The notes: generated by a model not told the origin, from the letters alone. Positions 46,964 to 57,710 are shown, counted from the stretch's first letter. The stretch is DNA of 64,000 nt from an uncultured Candidatus Saccharibacteria bacterium (GCA_964432275.1 CAYSMH010000001.1:11191-75190); one strand, 5' to 3'. A program made the numbers and translations.

Positions 46964-47053
46964 AGTGAATGAACTCGGTATGTGTCGGGGTGGTATGGGT
47001 GGGTTCGTCTGTTTCTACGCCATACTCCCTACTTCGATACCATGTGTCTATAC

Positions 47054-48244
47054 TTACGCAATAATCTTGGTTACAACACCAGCACCGACTGTGCGGCCAC
47101 CTTCACGGATCGCAAAGCGCATCTGGTCTTCCATCGCTACTGGTACTACCAGCTTAACAACGATTTTAACAGTGTCTCCTGGCATAACCATTTCAGTACC
47201 TGCAGGAAGTGTAACCTCACCGGTCACGTCAGTTGTACGGATGTAGAACTGTGGCTTGTAGCCGTTCACGAATGGAGTGTGTCGTCCACCTTCTTCCTTT
47301 TTGAGGACATAGACTTCACCTTCAAACTCGGTGTGTGGCTTCACTGATCCAGTTTTTGCAAGCACCTGACCACGAGTGAGGTCTTCTTTCTTTGCACCAC
47401 GGAGGAGAATACCTGCGTTGTCGCCGGCCATACCTTCCTGGAGGTTCTTGTTAAACATTTCGATACCAGTAACAGTTGTCTTTGCAGTATCTTTGATACC
47501 AACAATTTCAACTTCTTCACCAACCTTTACTGTTCCACGTTCGATACGACCAGTAACCACAGTACCTCGGCCTTCGATAGAAAAGATGTCTTCGATTGGC
47601 ATAAGGAATGGCTTGTCGACTTCACGTTCTGGAAGTGGGATGTAGGTGTCAAGCGCGTTGGTGAGTTCAAGAACCTTTTGTGCCCATTCATCATCGATAG
47701 ATGTTGACTCGAGCGCTTTGAGTCCTGATCCACGAATCACTGGACAATCCTTGTCAAAGCCTTGTTTTGCAAGGATTTCACGGATTTCTTCTTCGACGAG
47801 GTCAATCATGTCTTTATCATCAACCATGTCGCACTTGTTGAGGAACACAATGATTTTTGGCACACCAACCTGCTTCGCAAGAAGGATGTGTTCACGAGTC
47901 TGTGGCATTGCACCGTCAGTTGCTGCAACCACGATGATTGCACCGTCCATCTGTGCTGCACCAGTAATCATGTTCTTGATGTAGTCAGCGTGACCTGGCG
48001 CATCAATGTGTGCGTAGTGACGAGTCGCTGTTTCATACTCGTTGTGTGAAATGTTGATCGTAATACCACGAGCTTTTTCTTCAGGTGCGCCGTCAATGTC
48101 GCCGACACCCTTGAGCTTCACGGTGTTTCCTGCCATGTTGAGCACATGGAGGATTGCTGCAGTAAGTGTTGTCTTACCATGGTCAACGTGACCGATGGTA
48201 CCGACGTTTACGTGCGGCTTATCTCGCTTAAATTCTCCTGCCAT
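47054..48244 (-). CDS. tuf: elongation factor Tu
   Basis: [22 protein letters not shown]. The MAGEF start at 48244 is chosen. An upstream promoter TTGACA-16-TATCAT lies at 48326-48353. Confidence 0.9.
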   Translation of the reverse strand: MAGEFKRDKPHVNVGTIGHVDHGKTTLTAAILHVLNMAGNTVKLKGVGDIDGAPEEKARGITINISHNEYETATRHYAHIDAPGHADYIKNMITGAAQMDGAIIVVAATDGAMPQTREHILLAKQVGVPKIIVFLNKCDMVDDKDMIDLVEEEIREILAKQGFDKDCPVIRGSGLKALESTSIDDEWAQKVLELTNALDTYIPLPEREVDKPFLMPIEDIFSIEGRGTVVTGRIERGTVKVGEEVEIVGIKDTAKTTVTGIEMFNKNLQEGMAGDNAGILLRGAKKEDLTRGQVLAKTGSVKPHTEFEGEVYVLKKEEGGRHTPFVNGYKPQFYIRTTDVTGEVTLPAGTEMVMPGDTVKIVVKLVVPVAMEDQMRFAIREGGRTVGAGVVTKIIA

Positions 48245-48403
48245 ATAATATATTTTAATTTTTACTAATAAACAAACAAAAACAATCAACCCGACTCTCG
48301 TCAGGCACAAAATTGATTGTCCCCTATGATACCAAGTATGGGTGCTTTGTCAATAAAATATAAAAAGTGCCAGATATACATCTGGCACTACGTTGTGTTG
48401 AAA

Positions 48404-48745
48404 CTATGCAACAGCATCTGAAAGCAAGTTAATAACTACTGCAATGTTGTCTACATGCTTGGATCCATGACAATTACCAGGGATAAATACTGTCTTTTTA
48501 TCTCCCTTGGCATCTGTTTCCACCTTGAAGTCACCCAGTAAGATTCTATTTTCTGACAATACTGATAACCTCAATGGGGTGCGACTTGTGCCGTCTTGCT
48601 TATACCTTACGGAATACTTACCCCCATTGATTGAGGCTTCCCCCTCAAAGACGTTGTCTGAAGTTTCCTGAGGTGAAACTACATGTTTAGAAAAAAAATT
48701 ACCCAGATTTTGCGGGGGGATACTGCTTACATTTTTTTGTTGCAT
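48404..48745 (-). CDS. hypothetical protein (113 aa)
   Basis: ORF between fusA and tuf, followed by a terminator GTGCCAGATGTATATCTGGCAC (48367-48388); no family recognised. Confidence 0.45.
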   Translation of the reverse strand: MQQKNVSSIPPQNLGNFFSKHVVSPQETSDNVFEGEASINGGKYSVRYKQDGTSRTPLRLSVLSENRILLGDFKVETDAKGDKKTVFIPGNCHGSKHVDNIAVVINLLSDAVA

Positions 48746-48816
48746 ACTATATAAAATTTTAATTTTTTATTATTGTAACAAAATTTTTTGTTTTGTCAAA
48801 AAAATACCGAGCTGTA

Positions 48817-49497
48817 CTATAGCTCGGTATTTGGGTAGATACTTAGAATGTACTCGTGTGGCTTGATCGCTTTGGACCAGTCTATGTCCGGAGCACGCTC
48901 TGGCGTAAATGCGGCCCGAGCCATCGACGTATCGATGAGGCCTGGTTCATAGAGTACGACACTACCCCACCGGTTAGATGTGTTGAGTTCGTGTGCATAG
49001 TTACGTACCGCAAGCATAGTGTCTGCATAGATTGTCTCACCTTTTCTAAAAGGGTGACCTTCGATGAAGTCTGCTGCATGCGAACCTACTATTTCGAGCA
49101 TGATACGTGAGGTATCGTAGAACTCAGCAACTGCGTCTACTATGTTTTCTTTGGTTACATAGTTGGCTCTATCTACGAGACTCTGAACCTCGTCAAATGG
49201 AAGTATTGGTCCAGGAAAACCATCGTCCCACAGGAACACACCCGCTGCAAGAAACACCCGATCAATCGGATACTTGTCATTTTTGAGCTCTTGGAAAAGT
49301 TCTCTCGTTTGCTGACGATTCTCAACATCGCATAGGAGTACGTGTATACCACTGATCTTGAGCAGTGCCTGTGCTTCAGGTTTGGACAATGAGCGAACAG
49401 GAGCAATAACGGTGTGCCCCTGTGAGACGAGGTATCGAGCGGCTGCACCACCGATCCCCCCAGTAGCGCCGGTAACAAGAATTGTTTTTTTATTCAT
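48817..49497 (-). CDS. SDR-family NAD(P)-dependent oxidoreductase
   Basis: TILVTGATGGIGGAAARYL Rossmann motif. Confidence 0.7.
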   Translation of the reverse strand: MNKKTILVTGATGGIGGAAARYLVSQGHTVIAPVRSLSKPEAQALLKISGIHVLLCDVENRQQTRELFQELKNDKYPIDRVFLAAGVFLWDDGFPGPILPFDEVQSLVDRANYVTKENIVDAVAEFYDTSRIMLEIVGSHAADFIEGHPFRKGETIYADTMLAVRNYAHELNTSNRWGSVVLYEPGLIDTSMARAAFTPERAPDIDWSKAIKPHEYILSIYPNTEL

Positions 49498-49569
49498 GAG
49501 CTAATAGTTTATCCCTACCCTACCATAAATACAAAAAACTACTCAACCGAGTAGTTTTTTGTACCTGAA

Positions 49570-51711
49570 TTATTGTCGAGATTTCACGATCGTATCCGCA
49601 ACGTTCTGTGGCACGATATCGTAGCGAAGGAACTCCATGGTAAATCCTGCGCGTCCCTCAGTCATACTTCGAAGACTTGTCATATATCCAAACATTTCTG
49701 AAAGCGGCACAACCGCATTGACGACTTGGTTCATACCGCGAGTCTCCATACCTTCGATAAGACCTCGGCGTGATGAGAGACTTCCTGTAACATCACCCAT
49801 GAACTTCTCAGGGGTTACTACCTCTACCTTCATCATTGGTTCAAGAATCACAGGACGAGCTGCCTTTGCGGCATCTTGAAGTGCCATTGATGCGGCGATT
49901 TTAAACGCCATTTCGTTTGAGTCAACTTCGTGGAATGATCCATCGTAGAGATCAACTGAGACATTTTCCATTTTGAAACCTGCAACTACACCACGATCAA
50001 GTCCTTCTCGGATACCTTTTTCGATTGGGGCAATGTATTCTCCTGGAATCGCTCCTCCTTTAATGTTGTTGATGAACTCAAAGAAGCCATCGCGCTTCAC
50101 GTTCTTTGGCAGATCCTTTGGGTCAACGGTGAGATCCATTGGTTTGATCTTGATTTTGACGTGACCGTAGTTACCTTTACCACCAGACTGCTTGATGTAT
50201 TTACCTTCTGCTTGTGCTTCACCGGTAATAGTCTCACGATATGCAACTTGTGGCTTGCCAACATTTGCTTCCACATTAAACTCACGCTTCATACGATCAA
50301 CAATGATTTCAAGGTGGAGTTCTCCCATACCTGCAATGATTGTCTCTTCTGTTTCAGGGTCGGTAGATACCTTAAATGTTGGGTCTTCATCTGCAAGACG
50401 GTTGAGTGCGAGACCCATTTTTTCTTGGTCGGCTTTTGTTTTAGGTTCAATACGAAGGTTGATCACTGGTTCTGGGAACTTGATACGATCAAGCTGGATA
50501 GGGTTTGCTTCATCAGTAAGAGTGTCTGATGTTTTCACTTCCTTAAGTCCTACTGCTGCTGCAATTTCTCCTGCAAAAACCTTTTTGATTTCTTGACGTT
50601 GATCAGCTTGCATACGCACGATACGTGAGAGACGTTCTTTGTTGCCGGTACGAGGGTTGTATACATATGACCCTGCTTCAACAGTACCTGAGTACACACG
50701 GAAAAATACGAGCTGACCAACGAATGGGTCGTTCATACTCTTAAACGCGAGTGCTGCAAATGGTTCACTATCAGAGGCATGTCGCTCTAGTGGCTCATCA
50801 GTATCTGGGTTTGTTCCCTTGACTGCTGCAATATCAGTTGGTGCAGGTAGATAATCAACAACCGCATCCAATACGAGCTGTACACCTTTGTTCTTGAGTG
50901 CAGATCCAGCAAATACTGGGAAGATTTGGTTTGCAATCACTGCTTTACGCATGAGTTTCTTGAGAACATCGATAGATGGTTCAGTTCCTTCGAGGTATGC
51001 ATTCATTGCAACTTCATCATTTTCGACTATACGCTCAATAAGCTCTGCGCGATACTTCTTGGCATCATCCATCATATCTGCAGGCACTTCTTTTTCGATC
51101 ACTTTGTTACCCATGTCGCCTTCGAAGTAGTACGCCTTCATCTGAAGAAGGTCAATTACTCCTTCATGTTTATCTTCGAGACCGATTGGAATCTGGTATC
51201 GAACAGCCTTTTTTGAGAGTCGATCAAGGATCGTTTTGTATGAGTGCTCAAATGACGCACCAGTACGATCGAGTTTGTTTACGAAACAAATACGAGGCAC
51301 GTTTGCTTCGTCAGCATAGCGCCAGTTGGTTTCTGATTGTGGTTCGACGCCTGCAACTCCATCAAACACCACTACCGCACCGTCAAGTACTCGAAGTGAT
51401 CGCTTCACCTCAACCGTGAAGTCAATGTGTCCAGGAGTATCGATAATGTTAAATGCGTACCGCTTGGATTTGTCTCCATTTGCGTAGGTAGGAATCCAGC
51501 TACAAGAAACCGCGGCAGCAGTGATCGTGATACCACGTTCTCGCTCTTGCTCCATCCAGTCGGTAGTAGTCTCACCGTCATGCACCTCACCGATCTTGTG
51601 TGACATACCGGTGTAGTACAAAACGCGCTCTGATGTTGTTGTTTTACCAGCATCAATGTGCGCAATAATTCCAAAGTTTCGTGTTTGTTCGAGTGAATAC
51701 TCTCGGTTCAT
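49570..51711 (-). CDS. fusA: elongation factor G
   Basis: AHIDAGKTT, DTPGHIDF, and all five EF-G domains. Confidence 0.9.
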   Translation of the reverse strand: MNREYSLEQTRNFGIIAHIDAGKTTTSERVLYYTGMSHKIGEVHDGETTTDWMEQERERGITITAAAVSCSWIPTYANGDKSKRYAFNIIDTPGHIDFTVEVKRSLRVLDGAVVVFDGVAGVEPQSETNWRYADEANVPRICFVNKLDRTGASFEHSYKTILDRLSKKAVRYQIPIGLEDKHEGVIDLLQMKAYYFEGDMGNKVIEKEVPADMMDDAKKYRAELIERIVENDEVAMNAYLEGTEPSIDVLKKLMRKAVIANQIFPVFAGSALKNKGVQLVLDAVVDYLPAPTDIAAVKGTNPDTDEPLERHASDSEPFAALAFKSMNDPFVGQLVFFRVYSGTVEAGSYVYNPRTGNKERLSRIVRMQADQRQEIKKVFAGEIAAAVGLKEVKTSDTLTDEANPIQLDRIKFPEPVINLRIEPKTKADQEKMGLALNRLADEDPTFKVSTDPETEETIIAGMGELHLEIIVDRMKREFNVEANVGKPQVAYRETITGEAQAEGKYIKQSGGKGNYGHVKIKIKPMDLTVDPKDLPKNVKRDGFFEFINNIKGGAIPGEYIAPIEKGIREGLDRGVVAGFKMENVSVDLYDGSFHEVDSNEMAFKIAASMALQDAAKAARPVILEPMMKVEVVTPEKFMGDVTGSLSSRRGLIEGMETRGMNQVVNAVVPLSEMFGYMTSLRSMTEGRAGFTMEFLRYDIVPQNVADTIVKSRQ

Positions 51712-51767
51712 AATACTAAATAATTATCGATAATAAAAAAGAGACGTTGCAGTCACTTGTGACCACC

Positions 51768-51796
51768 ACTATACGGCACAATAGGGCTTTTTGCAA
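51768..51796 (-). promoter_or_regulatory. promoter TTGCAA-17-TATAGT for fusA
   Basis: Lies after the rpsG terminator CCGCAGATTTTTATCTGCGG plus T-run (51813-51838). The leader contains the hairpin GTCACaaGTGAC. Confidence 0.5.
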
Positions 51797-51878
51797 ATAA
51801 CATATGAAAAAACCGCAGATAAAAATCTGCGGACTCTTTGCTTATGAGAAATAAAAAACACCTTATTCAATAGTACCA

Positions 51879-52349
51879 CTACCACGCAAAGTGAGCGAAC
51901 GCTTTGTTGGACTCTGCCATCTTGTGGGTGTCCTTCTTCTTCTTTACAGCGTTTCCTTCACCCTTTGCTGCAAGCATGAGCTCATCAGCAAGTGCAATAG
52001 CAGTCTTGGTACCCTTGCGGCCACGAGTTGCTTCGATAATCCATCGCATTGCAAGAGCGGTACGACGCTCGGTACGAACTTCACGAGGAACCTGATAGTT
52101 AGCACCTCCGATACGTCGTGAACGGACTTCTACGAGTGGGCCTGCATTTTTAATAGCTTCATCAAACACAGTAAGTGCGCTTTCTACTCCTTCTTTTTCC
52201 TTGATAATATCAAGTGCGCCGTAGACGATTGCACGAGCAGTGTTCTTTTTGCCACTTTGCATGATAGAGTTGATGAATTTTTCAAGCACAAGTGAGTCAA
52301 ACTTGATGTCAGGCTTTACAATATTTCGATTTTTTACTGGTCGTCGCAT
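51879..52349 (-). CDS. rpsG: 30S ribosomal protein S7
   Basis: Conserved S7 sequence. Confidence 0.9.
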   Translation of the reverse strand: MRRPVKNRNIVKPDIKFDSLVLEKFINSIMQSGKKNTARAIVYGALDIIKEKEGVESALTVFDEAIKNAGPLVEVRSRRIGGANYQVPREVRTERRTALAMRWIIEATRGRKGTKTAIALADELMLAAKGEGNAVKKKKDTHKMAESNKAFAHFAW

Positions 52350-52370
52350 ATAAATGTGTTATTTCAATAC

Positions 52371-52790
52371 TTACTTAGCTGCTTTTGGGCGCTTGGTACC
52401 GTACATAGAGCGAGACTTGCGTCGCTTATCAATACCTTGCGTGTCGAGCACACCGCGAACAATGTGATATCGAACTCCGATCAAGTCCTTCACGCGTCCA
52501 CCGCGAAGCATAACTACTGAGTGTTCTTGGAGGTTGTGCCCTTCTCCTGGAATGTACGCGGTAACAGTGTCACCGTTGGTCAGACGCACACGAGCGATTT
52601 TACGGATCGCAGAGTTTGGTTTCTTGGGAGTAGTAGTAGAAACCTTGACGCATACACCACGCTTAAACGGAGAAGCATATGCAACAGGGCGGTTGTGGAT
52701 TGTATTGAACCCACGTGAAAGAGTCACCGCCTTACTCTTGCGAGCAGCAGTGGTGCGAGGTTTCTTTATCAGCTGGTTTATTGTAGCCAT
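52371..52790 (-). CDS. rpsL: 30S ribosomal protein S12
   Basis: [12 protein letters not shown]...[10 protein letters not shown]; start at 52790. Confidence 0.9.
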   Translation of the reverse strand: MATINQLIKKPRTTAARKSKAVTLSRGFNTIHNRPVAYASPFKRGVCVKVSTTTPKKPNSAIRKIARVRLTNGDTVTAYIPGEGHNLQEHSVVMLRGGRVKDLIGVRYHIVRGVLDTQGIDKRRKSRSMYGTKRPKAAK

Positions 52791-52821
52791 GTGTCCGAGT
52801 ATCCTACTACAAGGCGTTGAA

Positions 52822-53448
52822 TTAATCAAGCGGTATTCCTGTCAAAAGGGTGTATCCATTATAGGCAAGTGGTGCTACTACCCTCCAAAGAAAGACTATA
52901 AACACGAGGAGAAGAGGAAGTGAGTACTGTTCAATGAATCGCAGTGTCGGCTGTGCCCGAGCAGGCAGTACCGCCGAGAGGAAGCGAAATCCGTCTAGTG
53001 GAGCAATCGGGACGGCATTAAATAGAGCAAGTACAATATTGACCAATACAATAATACTTGCGATATCAATAAATGCCCGAGATACGATCCCTGTCGCAAG
53101 CGACGCCCGGATCAGAAGCCCAAAGATGACTGCGACAAGGAGGTTCACCACGATACCTGCAATAGCGACCTTGGCGATGGATTTATTGCCATGTTTGAGG
53201 TTGTCAGGGTTATATGGCACCGGCTTGGCCCAGCCAAGCACAAAGCCCGCACTAGAGACTATCAATACAAGCGGTAGAATAACCGAACCAAACCAATCGA
53301 TGTGTTTGAGTGGGTTAAGCGTAATACGCCCGAGCATACGAGCAGTCGAATCACCTTCATGTTCTGCCATGAGTCCGTGTGCAACCTCGTGCACAATGAT
53401 CGACACCATGAGGATAAGAAAATAAAAAATGGAAAGTGGGCCTTGCAT
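52822..53448 (-). CDS. M50-family (site-2 protease-like) zinc metalloprotease
   Basis: HEVAHG HExxH in a TM helix and a downstream LDG. Confidence 0.7.
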   Translation of the reverse strand: MQGPLSIFYFLILMVSIIVHEVAHGLMAEHEGDSTARMLGRITLNPLKHIDWFGSVILPLVLIVSSAGFVLGWAKPVPYNPDNLKHGNKSIAKVAIAGIVVNLLVAVIFGLLIRASLATGIVSRAFIDIASIIVLVNIVLALFNAVPIAPLDGFRFLSAVLPARAQPTLRFIEQYSLPLLLVFIVFLWRVVAPLAYNGYTLLTGIPLD

Positions 53449-53481
53449 GAGAGTATCCCCTATGGTACCATGCGAGTCACT

Positions 53482-53727
53482 ATGGCAAAAGCATGCGCAA
53501 TCACCAATAAAACCTCACAAATGGCGGGTGGCTACTCGACCAAGGTTCGTGCGACCAAATTTAACCCTATTACCCCTTCTCGCAAATACGCCAACCTCCA
53601 AAAGAAGCGCATTTACGTCGCTGAGCTCGGTAAAAACGTCATGGTTACTGTCTCTACTAAAGGCCTCCGAACTATTGCAAAAAATGGTGCGTACGCAGCA
53701 CTCAAGAAAGCTGGCGTTATCAAATAA
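53482..53727 (+). CDS. rpmB: 50S ribosomal protein L28
   Basis: MAKACAITNKTSQMAGGYSTKVRATKFNPI... Confidence 0.8.
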   Translation: MAKACAITNKTSQMAGGYSTKVRATKFNPITPSRKYANLQKKRIYVAELGKNVMVTVSTKGLRTIAKNGAYAALKKAGVIK

Positions 53728-53797
53728 GTTTGAAAAATAAAAAATAAAAAAACCGTCCATTTGGGCGGTTTTTTTGTTGCGACTTTCTATCTGATTG

Positions 53798-54763
53798 CTA
53801 ATCAAGAAGTTCAGTAATAAGTTCCATTGTCCTTCTCGAGTGCAAATATTGTGCTTTTTTTGTGTCTTTTAAAATTTTCCCAAGTAGATCTTCAGTGGAA
53901 GTTTTATCCGCGTGTAATGCATACGAACTAAAATATCCTTCTTCTTTCATTTTCAAAAAACGTTTTTGATCAACAGAAGCAATGATACGCCCTTGGTTTT
54001 CTTCCGACATTTCCTGAGAGAACAGGTAAAACTGTTTATTTTGAAGAAGATGCATGTGCTCTATAACTACTCCGATTTCTTCATCAATATTTGGCTTATG
54101 CTTGTTGAAATACTCATGAGCAAAGATATTCTCCATGGTGTCGTTTTGACCGCACATTGTTTCGCAAAGCCAAAATAGTCGTTTCAACTGATCGATCCTG
54201 AGCGTATTTACTGCAGGGAAAAACCTTGACGGATGAATAGTGGAAAGAAGAAATATCACTTCAAAAGGAAATTGAACCCCTTTCTGATAGATAAACAGAT
54301 TATGATCATCTTTTTCTAAGGGAGCTTTTACTCCTTTTGTAGAATCTATTGACCACTTCAATATCTCTTCTATCCTTTCAGTTTTGCAATACTTAAAATA
54401 GTCGGCAAGATTCCCACACTCCGATTCATTTTCTGAAAAAGAGTGATCATACCAGCGTTCCCAACTACTATTTCCGGAACGACATTTTGATCCTACATAA
54501 AACAATTGTCTCGGTGTTAGTATGTTGAGGAAATTCGTAGGTAAAAAATGCATATTTTCTTCCCACAGTTCTGTAGAGACACTCTTTTCCACACTCATTT
54601 CATAGTCAATCAAAGACTGAAACTGTTGTGGCAATATCAACTTGATGATTGATTGTTTTTTTACTGACTCTACTAAGTTTTTATACAAGTCAGGGATACC
54701 CATTCGTTGAAGCTTTTGTACAAGTTGCACAAGAAGTTCTTTTCGGTTTGTTTTCATATACAA
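53798..54763 (-). CDS. hypothetical protein (321 aa), AT-rich
   Basis: Long AT-rich ORF; no family recognised. Confidence 0.45.
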   Translation of the reverse strand: MYMKTNRKELLVQLVQKLQRMGIPDLYKNLVESVKKQSIIKLILPQQFQSLIDYEMSVEKSVSTELWEENMHFLPTNFLNILTPRQLFYVGSKCRSGNSSWERWYDHSFSENESECGNLADYFKYCKTERIEEILKWSIDSTKGVKAPLEKDDHNLFIYQKGVQFPFEVIFLLSTIHPSRFFPAVNTLRIDQLKRLFWLCETMCGQNDTMENIFAHEYFNKHKPNIDEEIGVVIEHMHLLQNKQFYLFSQEMSEENQGRIIASVDQKRFLKMKEEGYFSSYALHADKTSTEDLLGKILKDTKKAQYLHSRRTMELITELLD

Positions 54764-54827
54764 TTTTTAAATGAAGAAATTAGGTTTTTCTTGATAGTAC
54801 CCCCTCCGCTCTATTTGTCAAAATAAT

Positions 54828-55688
54828 CTATTTCCCCCCTCCTCGTTTCCACCCACCCCTTGATGGATACAGTATGACGGTGCCGTTGTCTTGTGTTGAG
54901 ATCAGTGGGATCTTCAATTTTTTCACTATATCAGTGACTTCTTTGTGTGGATGACCATAGCTATTGTTGACCCCCGCAGAGACGAGAGCGAGTGCTGGGC
55001 TCGCCGCCTTCAGATATGACTCACTTGTAGAAGTCTTGGACCCGTGGTGACCGAGCTGCACCACATCAACATCGAGAGCTTTTGTATTGGTTTTCACCAG
55101 ATACTGTTCGATCGAAATCGGTGAGTCCCCGGTAAGGAGTGCGCTCGATGCTCCCATGTCGAGCCTGCTCACCACAGACGCGGTGTTGGTCTCCCATCCA
55201 CTCGTATCACGATCAGGAAACAAGATGGTGAGCTTCGTTGTACTGTCGAGCACTATCGTCATACCCTTGCGCACGTAGTATGCGGGTATGGTTTCATCTG
55301 CAAGTACGCCGTTGAGGTCTTTAAAAAGGCTTGAGTCGCTCGTGACCTGTGAGGTGAGGTACATGCCGACTTTGTACCTGCTGAGCACGAGTTTCAGTCC
55401 ACCTATGTGGTCTGCGTCAGGATGTGTGGCTAGTACAATGTCGATACTACGATCACCTCTGGGCATCACCTGCGCGAGCTCAGTGAGCACCTTGCTATCT
55501 TTGCCGCCATCGATGAGCATCTGCGCACCGCTTGGTGCAGTGATGAGGAAGCTATCTCCTTGACCAATATTGAGCATTGCTATGCTTCCTGTTCCCTGTC
55601 TGTCTGATGGCTGTAGCACTGCCGATGCGATACCGAGAATGATCAAAAGTACCATCATCCAGATCAGGGTTTTCAGTTGTCGAGTCAT
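54828..55688 (-). CDS. membrane-anchored MBL-fold hydrolase, ComEC C-terminal-domain-like
   Basis: N-terminal TM, HPDADHIGG (HxHxDH), downstream His/Asp ligands (GHHGSK, HPH). Confidence 0.7.
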   Translation of the reverse strand: MTRQLKTLIWMMVLLIILGIASAVLQPSDRQGTGSIAMLNIGQGDSFLITAPSGAQMLIDGGKDSKVLTELAQVMPRGDRSIDIVLATHPDADHIGGLKLVLSRYKVGMYLTSQVTSDSSLFKDLNGVLADETIPAYYVRKGMTIVLDSTTKLTILFPDRDTSGWETNTASVVSRLDMGASSALLTGDSPISIEQYLVKTNTKALDVDVVQLGHHGSKTSTSESYLKAASPALALVSAGVNNSYGHPHKEVTDIVKKLKIPLISTQDNGTVILYPSRGGWKRGGGK

Positions 55689-55699
55689 GTATACTACTA

Positions 55700-56308
55700 G
55701 TGTATCAGACCAACACAGACACCATGTTTATCGAGCAACCCGTATCCCCCCTTCCCTTTGGCAAGATCAGCACAACTACTCACGAGGAGCATCAAAAGCT
55801 CTATGCTGGGTATGTAAAAAATGCAAACGCAGTTATAGAAAAACTTGCTACATACCAAACCGACGATACCAAAATATATGAAACAGGTGAACTCTATCGT
55901 CGATTTGCATTTGAATACAACGGTATGCGCAACCATGAAGTGTATTTCGCACTTGTCAGTGGCCCGAGCACTACCGCTCCTGCGCTTATGGCCGCAATCG
56001 AAAAGCAATGGGGTGCACTCGATGCGTTTAAATCACTCTTTATTTCTCTTGCAACCACACGAGGTATCGGTTGGGCAATGCTCTCATACGATACTAAAGT
56101 AGACGGGTTGATACTTCATTGGATAGATGAACAGCAAATCGGACAACTCCAAGGTACTGCGCCAATCATCGCGCTCGACATGTGGGAGCACGCATACGTC
56201 GCTGACTATCAGCCAAGTGGTAAAAAGCAATACATTGAAGATTTCTTTGCAACTATGAACTGGTCCGTCGCCGAAGCGCTCTATACCACTGCCAAAGGAA
56301 TTCAGTAA
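55700..56308 (+). CDS. sod: Fe/Mn superoxide dismutase
   Basis: DMWEHAYV signature. Its 3' end overlaps the convergent comEC gene by about 56 nt. Confidence 0.9.
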   Translation: MYQTNTDTMFIEQPVSPLPFGKISTTTHEEHQKLYAGYVKNANAVIEKLATYQTDDTKIYETGELYRRFAFEYNGMRNHEVYFALVSGPSTTAPALMAAIEKQWGALDAFKSLFISLATTRGIGWAMLSYDTKVDGLILHWIDEQQIGQLQGTAPIIALDMWEHAYVADYQPSGKKQYIEDFFATMNWSVAEALYTTAKGIQ

Positions 56309-57710
56309 GTTCTCTTTTAAAAAGAAATGTGAGCACAACTACATAAACCCCTGTCACACCCCACCACGCAAGTGCTGGGGTTTGCCATAGGTACAGACGA
56401 TCAAACACTCGGAGTATGCCAAGCACTACCGACCCAAATCCCGACAGAAGTACGCCCACTAGTGTTGCTGCGGGTGCGATCCATGAGAGCGCGATCAGTA
56501 GTATGCCCGAGATCATGATGATAGGTGTGATAAGTGCAAAGAGCACATTTGCAAATGGAGACGACAACGGGAAACTGCCGGAGAAATACATCATATACGG
56601 CAGCATAAAAATAGGAGCTGAAACTGCAAGCATGATGAGCTCTCGCAGATCGATATGGTTGGTCTTGGGAATAAAATGAAACAATGTCTCAACTTTGGGT
56701 AGTACTAGTATCATAAACATTGTCGCAAGAAATGACAGATGAAATCCAGGATCGACAAAGATACTTGTCGGGCTTATGAAAAAGAAAAACAAATACGCGA
56801 TCCAGAGCGCACGCATGGGCTGGTATGTCTTGATCGAAAGGCCAGCAAACACTGCAATCCCTCCCATGATCCCCGCTCGCACACTTGCCACACCTGCACC
56901 ACTGATCAGCACGAGCATGAGGATCGCGAGTGCCGTGATCAGACTGCGCAGTTTGAACGGGAGTCCTTTGAGAAGTAGTGCGAGAAAACCTGCGAGAAGT
57001 GTGATGTTGTACCCCGACAACACGAGTACATGGAGCACACCAGTGTTACGAAACAGGTCCGATATGTAGTCTGGGAGCCCACCCTGATACCCCACGATCA
57101 TTCCTGCGAGTACTCCATCAAATGGAAAAGAAACATGCCGCGCAAATATATCTGCAAACGCATACCGCACTCGAGTCGGAAACCGTGCGAGCGCCATGTC
57201 GTGCTCGGTCACTGGACCAATGATCGCATTGCGCACGAGCCCGACGATACCCTTGCTCCCCAGATATGCTTCGTATCCAAATATCCTTCCAGAATCCGTC
57301 ACAAAGTCTTCTGGTGCTTCGACATTGCCTCTGACCGTGACATGATCTCCGGGCAACACATCGACTTTCTCAGTCGTACTGACTTGAAGTTTCTGATCGT
57401 ATTGTTCATCGACCACGACAACATTGGTCTTGTCGAGTCTGCGATCTACTGACACCACCCGCACATCAAACGCACGCTTGCCATATATCGCAGTATCTAC
57501 TGGTACATCAACTCTCCACAGCGCAATGGCTCCGATTATCAGCATACCGCCGAGCAAAGCTCCGCAAATGATTCCCTGTTTGGATCGTAGAAATACAGAC
57601 ACAACAACTACCAAAAACATCGCCACACACCCTATTTCGACAATACTCATATCTGCTATCCGATACAGCATCGCCCCAATCGTGAGAACTATAGTTGCAA
57701 GCTCGAGCAT
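56253..57710 (-). CDS. comEC: ComEC/Rec2 competence membrane channel (DUF4131 plus Competence domains, no MBL domain)
   Basis: Polytopic TM protein with LSGYNITLLAGFLALLLKG. Confidence 0.75.
   Translation of the reverse strand: MLELATIVLTIGAMLYRIADMSIVEIGCVAMFLVVVVSVFLRSKQGIICGALLGGMLIIGAIALWRVDVPVDTAIYGKRAFDVRVVSVDRRLDKTNVVVVDEQYDQKLQVSTTEKVDVLPGDHVTVRGNVEAPEDFVTDSGRIFGYEAYLGSKGIVGLVRNAIIGPVTEHDMALARFPTRVRYAFADIFARHVSFPFDGVLAGMIVGYQGGLPDYISDLFRNTGVLHVLVLSGYNITLLAGFLALLLKGLPFKLRSLITALAILMLVLISGAGVASVRAGIMGGIAVFAGLSIKTYQPMRALWIAYLFFFFISPTSIFVDPGFHLSFLATMFMILVLPKVETLFHFIPKTNHIDLRELIMLAVSAPIFMLPYMMYFSGSFPLSSPFANVLFALITPIIMISGILLIALSWIAPAATLVGVLLSGFGSVVLGILRVFDRLYLWQTPALAWWGVTGVYVVVLTFLFKRELTEFLWQWYRALRRRTSS

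Noticed and set aside
46964-47053. TGTCTATACT on the plus strand between tuf and rpsJ, as a possible promoter
   Set aside because: It would drive transcription antisense into tuf. The region more likely serves as the rpsJ leader on the minus strand.
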